From Eledone cirrhosa (taxonomy: Eukaryota): a DNA stretch of 64,000 bases. Both the position numbers and the translations under genes were made by a program. The stretch's first letter is position 1. Each line of letters starts with the position of its first letter. Location: contig OZ024740.1 of the NCBI GenBank assembly GCA_964016885.1, positions 88,288,001-88,352,000 on the forward strand. Direction: 5' to 3'. Shown here piece after piece: positions 38,641-51,084 of the stretch. The notes under the pieces were generated by a model. That model did no database searches, was not told the origin of the DNA, and was given only the letters and a program-made list of their open reading frames with translations.

Positions 38641-38887
38641 AAAAGTATAAACAATTAAAAATGTCCACCAACGAAATCTTCCAGAGAGAAATTAATTCAT
38701 GCATAAACATTTCTATTGCTGAACGTATTAAAACAACAATATTTAATAAAAAAACAAATAATGAAATATTACGTGTTATTGACGAAATTAGGGGATGAAT
38801 ATTTACAACGGATAAAAACCCCAACATTTTGGCAAATCAACGCCTGTTTATATGCCTTAGCAACGACAATGAAGCATTATCTTGGGA

Positions 38888-39078
38888 GGACGGTGGATTG
38901 GCAGTATCGGTAGAGAGTCGGACACCATGCTTTGAAGCATAGAGTTACGTCCCTTTACGGTCTGAGTTCAAATTCCGCCGAGGTTAACTTTGCCTTTCAT
39001 CCTTACGGGGTCGATAAAATAAAGTACCAGTAATACACTGGGTAATTGCTGGCCTTGTGCCAAAAGTAGAAACAATTA
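38888..39078 (+). mobile_element. SINE family A, full length, with 10-bp TSD ATTATCTTGG
   Basis: A and B boxes present; TSD at 38876-38885 and 39075-39084. Confidence 0.9.
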
Positions 39079-41313
39079 TCTTGGTGATAGCAGAGATATT
39101 AACAACAACAAAACACCATCAAAAACTTGATGTATAAGATGTATACAGCCTGCCTGAACCTATTCCTCCAAGATCATTGTGAAAATAATAACATCATCAC
39201 AGATGAACAAGCAACTGGAAAGAAAGGGGTTTGGGGATGTGCTGAACCACACCTAATCAACAAAACTGCGATGTCGGAGGTACGACAACTTAGGAGGAAT
39301 ATGGCTACAGTCTGGCTGGGCTATAGGAAAGCTTTCGATTCTGTTCCCCACTCTTGGATGATAGAGGCCCTCCGACTTGCTAAAGTCCCAGACATTATTA
39401 TCAGAGCATCTTGGCTACTATCCTAAAGTTAAAGACAGAGAAGGGGGACTATTTTCACTGATAAAATAAAATATCGCAGAGGTATATTTCAGGGAGACAG
39501 TCCCTCTGTGATATTATTTATCCTGTCATTAAACCACTTGACCTTTCTGCTCAAGAAATGTGAAGGATACATCATGGGCTCACAGGAGGACAGAAATACG
39601 AAACCTAACCCATAATTTCTTCGTGGATGATCTGAAACTCTGTAAAGCGGGGGAAAACAACAACCCAATCTAGCAACATTGTCATCAATGGCCTAACTGT
39701 TTCACCGATATCTGATGAGGACTGCTACAGATACCTGGGGATAGATGAGAACATATCCTATAATGGTATCTGTAATAAGGAACGCGTAACCAGGGAATAC
39801 AGCAGATTAAGACAGATATGGTCATCGGAACTCTCTGCGCAAAGCAAAACAGTGGCTCACAATGTGTTTGCTGTGTCTGTCCTAACACCAACGTTTGGAA
39901 TACTCAATTGGACGATAGACGAAATCCGAGCAATTGATGTTAGAACCCGAAAAATTCTAAAACAATACCGGAAACTACCACGTAAACAGTGACATAGACT
40001 GCTTTTACTTGAAACGTAAGCAGGGAGGCAGAGGCGTAACATCAGTCCAGATAGCATTTGAATATCACACCATATCCCTCCGACAACATCTTAGAACCTC
40101 GTAGCCTAGTAGCCCGTCTCTCGAGCAAGTCTATCTGCAGATCTACAGATAAGATCATGAGAGTTGGGAAAGAACTCCTCGAAAGATATTCCCTGTGTGA
40201 TAATCAAAAACTCATACCCATGGAAGTGGCTCAGCAGTATCATAGTGAATCCATGGATAAAAAACTGCATGCTTATCAGCAAAAATTCATGGGTATGTTG
40301 CCAGGAAGCTCCAGAGTGAGAGTAATATAGATAAGGAAAGTAGTCTATTTTGGACCAACAACCGTTAAATTGGCTCCCATTTTGAAGGATACGCTTTTGC
40401 AATCCAGGAACAGGTAATCAACACGAAATACGTGATCACAAAAGAGATAGGGATGCAGGCAAAACACCTAGATGTGATAACAAGTGCAGACTCTGTAGAA
40501 TTAACATCGAAGATGTCACCCATATCATAAGCAGCTGTCCTAACATGTAATAGCGGTACTATCTACCTATGACGCATGATGTAGTGGCCAAAACACTGTA
40601 CAATGCAATACGTAGAAAAGATAGCCCCGATAATAAACACATTAAAAGCTACAGCAATGTGGAAGACATACATATACATAATATGAAAGACTACTGGTGG
40701 AATGTTCCAGTAAAACTCCCTATAAAATGAAGGCACAACAGACCAGATATAATGATATGGGACAGGGAAAAGAAAGCCTGCACAGTAGTGAAAGCTAGCT
40801 GCCCAGCAGATGCCAATATAATATCAAAGATTAGCGAAAAGGAGAATATTTATGCAGAACTGATGAGAAATCTGCAGATACTCCATTCTGATTTTACCTT
40901 CAGATTTATGCCTGTGATTATTTGGGCACTGAGATATGTTAGTAACTGCCTCAATACAAATCTTGAGTAGCTGGGCTTTAAAGGAACAGAAAGAACACAA
41001 CTAATTAGGATATTACAAGTACAATCCATTGATGGAACAGTAAAAATCTGTAAAACATTCCAAACATTTTGCATCTAATAACTGCATGTACAGATACAAA
41101 GCCTATACACATGCAAACATACAACTCAAAACATTCACATCCACGCATACAATAACATCCACACCTACACATGTATGCATGCAGACATGCATACATATCT
41201 ACCTAGTTGATGTGTAAATTCCAATGAGAGAGTATTGTAACTATGTTAGAAACCGACTCTCTCTCTATTGGCAAAGATTTGTGAAATTATAAAACCTGAA
41301 GAATATACATACA

Positions 41314-41589
41314 TATGCTTTTGCAATCCAAGAACAGGAAATCAATACAAAATACCTAATTCACAAAAGAGATAGGGATGCAGGCAAAACACCTAGGTGT
41401 GACAACAAATGCAGATTCTCTAGAATTAACATCGAAGATGTCACCCATGTCATAAGCAGCTGTCCAACGATGTCATCGCGGTACTATCTACCTATGAGGT
41501 ATGATGTAGTGTCCAAAACACTGTACAATGCAATCCGTAGAAAAGATAACCTCGACAATAAACACATTAAAAGTTACAGCAATGTGGAA

Positions 41590-41641
<52 letters not shown>

Positions 41642-42276
41642 ATATGAAAGAGTACTGGTGGAATGTTCCAGTCAAAACCCCGTTAAAATGCAAACATAAC
41701 AGACCAGATATAATTATATGAGACTAGGAAAAGAAAGCATGCAGAGTAGTAGGAGTTAGCTGCTCAGCAGATGCCAATATAATATTAAAGATCAGCGAAA
41801 GGAGAATACCTATAAAGTGCTAATCAGAAAACTGCAGATATTCCACCCTGACTATACTTTCAGATTTAAACCTGTGATTATTGGGTCACTGGTATATGTT
41901 AGTAACTGTCTCAGTACACATCCTGAGAAGCTGGGCTTCACAGAAACAGAAAGTACACAACAAGTTTGTAAATTACAAATTCAGTTCATTAATGGAACAG
42001 TAAAAACATGTAAAACATTCCAAAAATTCTGCATCTAATTTCTGCATATACACATGTAGAGATACAAAGCTTATACACATGCACACATATACATCAAAAC
42101 ATCCACATCCACACATACAATCTCATCCATACGTGCACCCATATGCATGCATCTAGACAGGCAGACATATCTACCTAGTTGAGGTTGTTTAAATTCCAGT
42201 GACAGAGTCTTGTATCTATGTTAGAAACAGACTCTCTCTATAGTTAAAAAATTGTAAAATCCTTAAACCAGAAGAA
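41314..42276 (+). mobile_element. Second, 5'-truncated R4/Dong-like copy directly downstream of the first
   Basis: YAFAIQEQEINTKYLIHKRDR...HNRPDIII...NGTVKTCKTF, homologous to 40389-41303. Ends AAACCAGAAGAA then TACATA-rich sequence. Confidence 0.87.
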
Positions 42277-42436
42277 CGTACATAGGAACAATACATTCCT
42301 ACATACACACATACATACATACATAAATACATACATACATGCATACATACATGATGGATGCCCCCTCGTTATCGAGTATGGCCATTGCACGAGGAGAAAA
42401 AAAAAAAAAAAATAAATAAAAAAAAAAAAAAAATGA

Positions 42437-42473
<37 letters not shown>

Positions 42474-42630
42474 CATACACATATACACGCACACACACTC
42501 ACACACATACATACACACACATACATTAATAACAATAATAATAATAATAACAATAACAACAATAATAATAACAACAACAATAATAATATACATATACATA
42601 TATATATACACACACACGCACACACATAAG

Positions 42631-42671
<41 letters not shown>

Positions 42672-42673
<2 letters not shown>

Positions 42674-45600
42674 TAGCAACTAACAGCGCTGCGATCGAAT
42701 GTGGCTTTTTAGCCCAGCTAATGATCTAAAATGTCTTGCACAGAGTCGGCAACCAAAACATTCACTGGGAATAGCCGGCTGTGGTTGGAGTTCGTGTACT
42801 TTTGCATGTCGCTTGAGCCCTCCTGCTGATTTACATTCTCTACCACATGTTTGGCAAGCATGATGAGTAGCATCTCCAACAGCAGCCTGGTAGTCAACCG
42901 CTGGTCTTACTTTATGACTGCGAAGATGACTTTCGAGTCCAGCTTTGCTTAGGCAGAGTCTCGCACAGACGCTGCATGTCAGCACCATAGGAGGACCCTC
43001 GCCGTCTGGAAGTGCAACAGCAATGCCCTTCCTCACATCCCGCTTTACTTTCTCGTATGCGATTCGAGATGCCTCAAAGGCAACTTTTCCCTCATATACA
43101 GTCTTTCTCCATTTATTACGATCAGCAGCAATATTCTCCCATATATCAGCAGAGATTTTAGAGTCTTTCAGAGAGGCTTTCAAGGAATGCTTATACCTCT
43201 TTTTTGGTTTATGTGGCGGTCGTTTTCCTTTAACCAACTCTCCATAAAAGAGTTGTTTTGGTATTCTAGAATCCTTCATCCTGGCAAAGTGACCACTCCA
43301 ACGGAGTCGTTGCTTAAGCACAAGAGCTTCTATACTGTCACACATAGAGCTTTCCAAAATCTCGACATCACTGATGTGGTCCCTCCAGTGAACGCCATGG
43401 ATCCGTCTGAGACACATCTGATGGAAACGCTCCAATTGCTTAAGGTGGTGTCGATATGTGACCCAGGTCTCGCAGGCATAAAGAAGACAAGAGAGCACAC
43501 ATGCCCTGTACACCTTTACCTTTTTCCTCCTGCATATGTCTCGCCGAACCCAGAGTCGCCTTTCTAGCTTTCCGAAAGCATCACTTGCTTTCCTAATCCT
43601 AAGTGAGATTTCACTGACAAGGTTGCTGTATCGATTGACAGTGCTTCCCAGGTAGACGAACTGATCAACCACTCCAAGTCGTTTGCCATACACATAGATG
43701 TTTGGTTCAGTGTATTGCTTACCAGGAGCAGGTTGGTACATGACCACGGTTTTCTTGAGACTGACAGTCAGACCTAGAGCAGTGCAAGCGTCAGAAAATG
43801 CATTCATAATGTGCTGCATATCACTCTCTGTGTGCGCTACAAGATCGCAATCATCTGCATACAAGAGGTCTCTTATGATTGATGTAAATACTTTCGTCTT
43901 CGCAGCAAAGCGCCTGATGTTAAATATGCTGCCTGAGGTTCGATATCGGATGTAAACACCATGTTCGCAATTCCTGAATGCAATACAGAAAACCATTGCA
44001 AAGTATATGGCAAACAGGGTCGGTGCTGGAATATTCCCATGTTTCACTCCATTTTTTACTGAGATAGGCTCCGACATGTTACCCCCGACATTAACCCAAG
44101 CCTTCATGTCGTCATGGAAAGACCTAACTAAAGCAAGGAACTTATCAGGGCAACCAAGTTTCTGGAGAACCTTCCATAATGCATCTCTGTTAACAGTATC
44201 GAAAGCTTTTGTCAGATCGACAAAAACCTGATACAGATCCAAGCCTTGTTCCATGCACTTCTCCTGGAGCTATCTAGCTGAGAAGATCATATCAGTAGTG
44301 CCGCATCCAGCACGAAAACCAGATTGACTTTCAGGAAGAACACAATCTGCAATGTGTGTCAGCAGACGGTCCAGGAGCACCCTACATAAAACTTTCCCTA
44401 CGACAGAAAGCAATGATATACCTCTGTAGTTCCCACAATCGTTCCTGTTACCCTTTCCCTTGTACAAGACCACCATTACTGCATCTCTCCAGTCCTCAGG
44501 TACGGATTCATCAGCCCATATCCTGCCAAACAAAGAGTGAAGATGTTGCAGGAGTCTCTCACCACCATATTGTAGGAGCTCAGCATGTATGCCATCCATA
44601 CCTGGAGATCTTCCACTGTTCAGCTTCGAAATAGCCACTGCAACCTCCACAAGCCTCGGAGCTTCTGCGAGAGCTACTTTCACAGGACTTTCTGGAATGA
44701 GATTGAGGAAATCTTCACTGACGACAGACGGCTGATTCAAAAGATCATCAAAGTGCTCTCGCCACCTTCGTAGGATTCCTTGTGAGTCACGAAGAAGTTC
44801 TTTGCCATCCCTGCTTTGAAGCGGTGTCACCAGAGAAGAAGACGGTCGATAAACCTCACGCAAGAGACTGCACAACAGCTTTGTGTTATTGGAATCAGAC
44901 GCAGTTTGTATCTCACCAGCCTTCTCACTCCACCACTGATCCTTCATCTGAGAAAGACTCCGCCTAACACGTGATTTTACATCCCTGAGTTCCTCATGCT
45001 ACGTATTCCTCTCCTGTGGTTTTGCCGTCAAGTAGCGTGACAGAGCATGCCTCTTATCAGCCAACAAGTCTTCTATATGTACATCATTCTCATCAAACCA
45101 GTCCTGATGTTTCCTCTGCGCCAATCCCAGAACACGCCTGCCTACATCACAAACCGACTTTTTAAGGGTAGGCCAATCCTCACCAAGATCTGCAGCCTGC
45201 ATCTCTTCTTCCAATGTCCTCTTCACATTTTTATCCTTAAGACGAGCAGCATTCAATCTTTTGGGCAGGGTAACACCAGGAGCCCGGATTTTACGTTTAG
45301 TGATTAATTTCACTTTTGCGCGTACCAGGCGGTGGTCCGTCCAGAACTCAGCTCCACGAAGAACACGGACACACTGCACATCCTGTCTGTCACGCATCCT
45401 GACTAGGACGTAGTCCAAAAGATGCCATTCCTTAGAAGCAGGATGCATCCATGTGGTCTTGAATTTGTTCTTTTGTTGGAACATGGTGTTGGTAACACAC
45501 AGATCCAGCTCCTCACACATCTGCAGCAGGAGCATACCATTGCTGTTACACTTTCCCACCCCATGCCTTCCGATTACATTCCATGTGTTAAAATCCCTAC

Positions 45601-46215
45601 CCACTCTAGCATTAAAGTCACCAAGCACGATGACTTTGTCTGCCTGAGGGATATTTCTTAAAACACCTTTCAAGGCATGGTAAAAGGACATCTTTTCCTC
45701 ATCGACAGAACTCATAGTTGGAGCATACACACTCACCAGGGTAGCATATCTTCCCTTGTCCAGCGGAACTCTCATGGACATAAGACGCTCACTAATCCCT
45801 ACTGGGAATTCCTCTAATTTGTACACAAGCACAGTCTTAACAGCAAATCCTACCCCAGCCTCTCTTCTGGTTCCTTCATCTCTTCCTTTCCAGAAGAATG
45901 TATATTCTCCACAAAATTCCGTAAGATGACCATCTCCAGCAAGCCTCCTCTCAGATAAAGCCACGATGTCAAGATCGTAACGTCGAAGCTCCTTTGCAAC
46001 AAGAGCGGTCCTTCGTTCAGGACGCTCCAAGGAATCCCTGTCAAGCAGCGTCCGTACGTTCCAGCAGCCAAGACTAAATGCCTTGTTTGGCTCTATTACA
46101 ATGGCACGATGACGAGCGGACCCAGGCTGTGATAATCTGGGGCCCCTGCCCTTATTGCCAATGATCTTTTTTCTTCCAGAACCTAAATTGCCAATTATCT
46201 CTTTTATATTGTTCT
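42672..46215 (-). mobile_element. RTE-clade (BovB-like) LINE: APE + RT + three C-terminal C2H2 fingers; only about two visible lesions (frameshift ~44990, stop at 44270)
   Basis: LGCWNVRTLLD...RPERRTALVAKELRRYDLDIVALSE, LGDFNARVG, TDHRLV, SPGMDGI, NYRGISLLSVVGK, LPESQSGFR, FVDLTKAFDTV, LLYADDC, FVYLGS, LRWSGHF.RM...RIPKQLFYGEL. A family 3' tail lies at 42351-42394 next to (CATA)n. Confidence 0.93.
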
Positions 46216-46397
46216 GGAACATCATTAAATTGGAAAAAAAATATAAAAACATTAATAATACATACATACATACGTAAATACATACATACATACATACATA
46301 CATACATACGTACGTACGTACATACATACATACATACATACGTACGTACATACATACATACATACATACATGCATACATACATACATACATACATAT

Positions 46398-47005
46398 ATG
46401 GTGGCTGCCAACTCGTTTTCGAGTACAGCCACTACTTTATATTCATGTAGGAAAACCCCTACCGATGCGCTGAACGAGTGTGACTTTTTAGTCCAGCTAG
46501 TGACTTGAAAACTCTGGTACAAACACTACACTTGTGACAATTATTGACACATATTGCTGGGCCCATGGTACCATGTGACGACAGGTGCAGAGAGATCTCC
46601 AGATATAAAGCAATGCCTGTGCCGTGAAGCTTTTATAGTGAGCAAAGGCACTGCACAAAGCCAGTCCCACTCTCTTAACCAAGATGATATTTACCAAAAA
46701 GAAGAACAAGTCAACATCATTGGATACCATCAGAGTTGCAGGTGTTATATCAGAGTTTTCCTTCTCCTAGAATTCTGCCTTGACAAAGGCTAAGGGGTCA
46801 TCTCTCCCGGTGATTTTGGATGGCCATTGACTCTTAAGAGCTCCTTTGCCCTTTGACAGGTTTTGTTTTTAGTCCTGCAGGATGTCCAAAGTCACCCTCC
46901 TCACCAAGAAACCTTGGTGGGGTTGCCAGTTTAGTCGCCAACGACCCGACCATGAGACATGTTGTACTGGGATATATGTTACCAGTAGCACCAACTGGTG
47001 ACCTG
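46398..47005 (-). mobile_element. Non-autonomous bipartite RTE derivative (5' UTR joined to last zinc finger and 3' tail)
   Basis: RTE 5'-UTR motif CTAGGAGAAGGAAAACTCTGA. The 3' part translates HKCSVCTRVFKSLAGLKSHTRS, matching the RTE's CRLCARHFRSLAGLKSHIRS. Tail is CTCGAAAACGAG..GGCAGCCACCAT, with (CATA)n on both sides. Confidence 0.75.
46925..47004 (-). ncRNA. Candidate HDV-like ribozyme at the 5' end of the RTE derivative
   Basis: GGTCA...CCAGT(P2)...TGGTC-GG-GTCG(TTGG)CGA-C-TAA-ACTGG(P2'). P2, P4 and the C+TAA junction are visible; P3/L3 look degenerate. Confidence 0.4.
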
Positions 47006-47016
47006 ACATACATACA

Positions 47017-47047
<31 letters not shown>

Positions 47048-47049
<2 letters not shown>

Positions 47050-47390
47050 GATGGCTGCCCCCTCGTTATCGAGTATGGCCAATGCACAATATACAATTAT
47101 TAATAATTATTAATTAATTCTATCGTGCAATGCCTGTGCGTGAAGATATTTTTTAAAGTGATGAAAGGCTGTGTATTGAGCCAATCCTACTCTCTGAGTG
47201 ACAGTAGCTATAACCCGAAAAGAAGAAAAGATCAACATCATCGGTAACTACTGAGCCGCAGGTTTTATATCGGAGTTATTCCAGTTTCCTGAGTTGCCTT
47301 CTCCTAGAAGAATGCCCTAACAAAGGCTAGGGGTTATTCACTCCCAGTGGTTTAACCACACGATCGGGTATCCAGCCCGACTATTTCTAC
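47048..47390 (-). mobile_element. Shorter non-autonomous RTE derivative; another at ~47762-48070
   Basis: Same tail (ATGATGGCTGCCCCCTCGTTATCGAGTATGGCC on plus strand) and CCTTCTCCTAGA..GCC..AAAGGCTA motif; flanked by (CATA)n. Confidence 0.65.
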
Positions 47391-48605
47391 ATACATACCT
47401 AGATACATACATATATATGGAAACTTGATATAGAGGGTGAGTGTGGCCTAATGAGATTTGTCTTCTTTGTACCAGTATAGTGATTTTGTTTTTATTACTT
47501 TATCATCCGATTTTAAGATACTTAAATTTGGTTTAGATCTATTTCGTGATTATTTCAAGTTTGGTGGTTTATTATGAATATTTTGGGGTTGATTTGCTTG
47601 TGGTAAACATTGCTTTATTATATCAAGAGTTGTGTTTTTTGGTTGAGCAAATATATTTGTGTGGTGGGGCATGCTAGTTTAGGTTTTTAGTATACGTTTA
47701 ATATTATTCTGTTGCGGAGTGTGTGGTTGTGACGAAATTGTATACACACACACACACATACATGATGATGACTGCAACTCGATTTCGAGTAATACCATCG
47801 CATGATACTTAAGCATGAGTATCAGGGACGTGACTTTTTAGTCCTGCTAGGGACTTGCTATGCCATGCATCGCAAGAAATGTCACATATCAGGCGATACT
47901 TGTGAGGAAAGGCTTTGCACGGGTCTCTGAACATCGAATGGATATGCCAAAGAATAACTAGTCTACATCATTGGATGCAAACGAAGTCGCAGTTTTTATA
48001 TCAGAGTTTTTATATCAGAGTGCCCCTTCTCCTAGAGAGATGTCTTAATGAAGACTAAGAGTCTCTGACCCACCCCTAAAAAAAAAACAAAAAACAAAAA
48101 AGAAAACACAACATACATACATACAAATACATACATTAAAGATGTATATTCGTTACCAACATTATAGATCTATTAGCATTGTTACTATCACTGTGCATTC
48201 ATCAGACGAGACCATTTAACCATATACACACATTCCACATAAACTTCTACCTTTAAGGTAATCCTTAGACATAATCTACGTTACCTCGTGTGTCATTGCC
48301 GCTTCTTCCCCAGGACTGGTGTCCATACAGTTTTCTCTGATTTAATTTTACTCCAGAGGATTCGGGTGATCGAAGGTAGGAGATGTTTGAAGCAATGTTC
48401 CAACATAGCTCTGTAGTAGGATGCAACTAAGATGGAACTTGGGATATTAACGTTAATAAGAGAAATCGCACTCGGCCATACAAACTTCTATAAACATATG
48501 CATATGTACACAAGCATTCTCATCTACTGATACATACGCATAGAGCCATATATAATCCAGGTTACTTCTGCGTCAGTAAGTATACGAAAACATTATATTT
48601 AGCCT

Positions 48606-48789
48606 TGGATTGGCAGTATCAGTAGAGGGTCGGACGCCATGCTTTCCAGCATAGTTACGTCCTTTTACGATCTGAGTTCAAATCCCGCCGAGGTTGACTT
48701 TGCCTTTCATCCTTACGGGGTCGATAAAACAAAGTACCAGTAATGCACTGGGTAATTGCTGGCCTTGTGCCTAAAGTAGAAACAATTAT
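48606..48789 (+). mobile_element. SINE family A with 14-bp TSD ATTATATTTAGCCT
   Basis: A and B boxes present; direct repeat on both flanks. Confidence 0.9.
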
Positions 48790-49559
48790 ATTTAGCCTAA
48801 CGTACAAATTGTAGTGGGATATTTGTGTCAATTTCAAATATTAGTCTTCTATTTAGTCTTTGGCTTGCAATCATTACTAAGACGTATATACAAACATATA
48901 TATGAATTACATGTATGAGCATCCATCCATATATATATACATAGATAAACTCATATATATACATACAAACATACCTACATACAAACATGCTCACATACAA
49001 ACATACATACAAACATGCTTACATACTTACACATATGCATATGTACATAAATACATACACATATAAACACATGGATGGAATACATACCTACATACAAACA
49101 TGCTCACATACAAACATACATACAAACATGCTTACATACATACACATATGCATATGTACATAAATACATACACATATAAACATGTATAAATACAACAAAT
49201 CAATACACATGTACGGCTCCAGCCCAATATTTAGAAGTCAGCAATTGCACCAATGAAGCAGTAAGAACTGTGAAAACAAAATACTATATAACTAATAACC
49301 ATCGTTATTTTATTTTAATAAGCTACTATATAGATATAACTTTCGTTCGTACCACTAGAATTGTTTGGCGGCTTCTTCAATGTTTCTTTCAGATATTCTT
49401 TGATCTTAACATCTTAACAGTTTTCGTCCTATAGGCCCAATAAACCAGCCAAATAAGTTTGTCTTTGAAGAACTCATTGTGTGTAGGTATGTGTGTATGT
49501 GTATGCCGGCATGCATGTTTATGTGTGAGAAATACATAGATATACATACACACGTACAT

Positions 49560-50566
<1,007 letters not shown>

Positions 50567-50873
50567 TTCTGTAATTTTTTGTTCAACTATGGAAACTTTA
50601 TAACTGAATCATATCTAGTTTGTTGGTTTGAATATTCATTTGATGTACATCATCATCATCATCATCAGCAGCAGTAGCAGCAGTAACTCCAGCGGCACGA
50701 TTAAATCTCCTCGACAACCAAAATCATCATCATCGTCGCAATCTCTTTACTAATATTTTAATTTTCAAGTCCTCCTCCTCCTACACCTCCATCCTTTATC
50801 CATCCCTCCATCGTCCCAACAACAACCACAGTGACGACAACCATCTTGTCATCTCCCACTCTCCCTGACCCAC

Positions 50874-51012
50874 ATAATTGTTTTTACTTTAGGCACAAGG
50901 CCAGCAATTACCCAGTGCATTACTGGTACTTTATTTTATCGACCCCGTACGGATGAAAGGCAAAGTTAACCTCGGCGGGATTTGAACTCAGAATGGCAAG
51001 GGCCGTAACTCT
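50874..51012 (-). mobile_element. SINE family A, 5'-truncated
   Basis: Matches the family consensus from the B box to the tail. Confidence 0.85.
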
Positions 51013-51045
51013 AATGTTCGTCAGCATTGTCATCAACTTCATCAA

Positions 51046-51084
<39 letters not shown>

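Larger units (their letters stand above)
37675..41303 (+). mobile_element. R4/Dong-like non-LTR retrotransposon (RT + CCHC + restriction-like endonuclease), internally deleted and decayed, with SINE insertions
   Basis: MYKMYTACL...ITDEQ..GKKGVWGC..HL...VWLGYRKAFDSVPHSW, RGIFQGDS, FFVDDLKL, YRYLGI, EGYAFAIQEQVINT, CRLC...EDVTHIISSC, YLPMRHDVVAK, HNRPDIMIWDREKKACTVV..SCPAD.NI...EKENIY. Flanked by (CATA)n. Confidence 0.85.

Noticed and set aside
46215-46522. N-terminal 100 aa of the 507-aa ORF 44999..46522
   Set aside because: This is read-through across (TATG)n and the tail of the neighbouring non-autonomous element; RTE homology begins downstream.
47410-47740. Possible further Penelope remnant on the minus strand
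   Set aside because: The composition is suggestive, but I could read no unambiguous motif.
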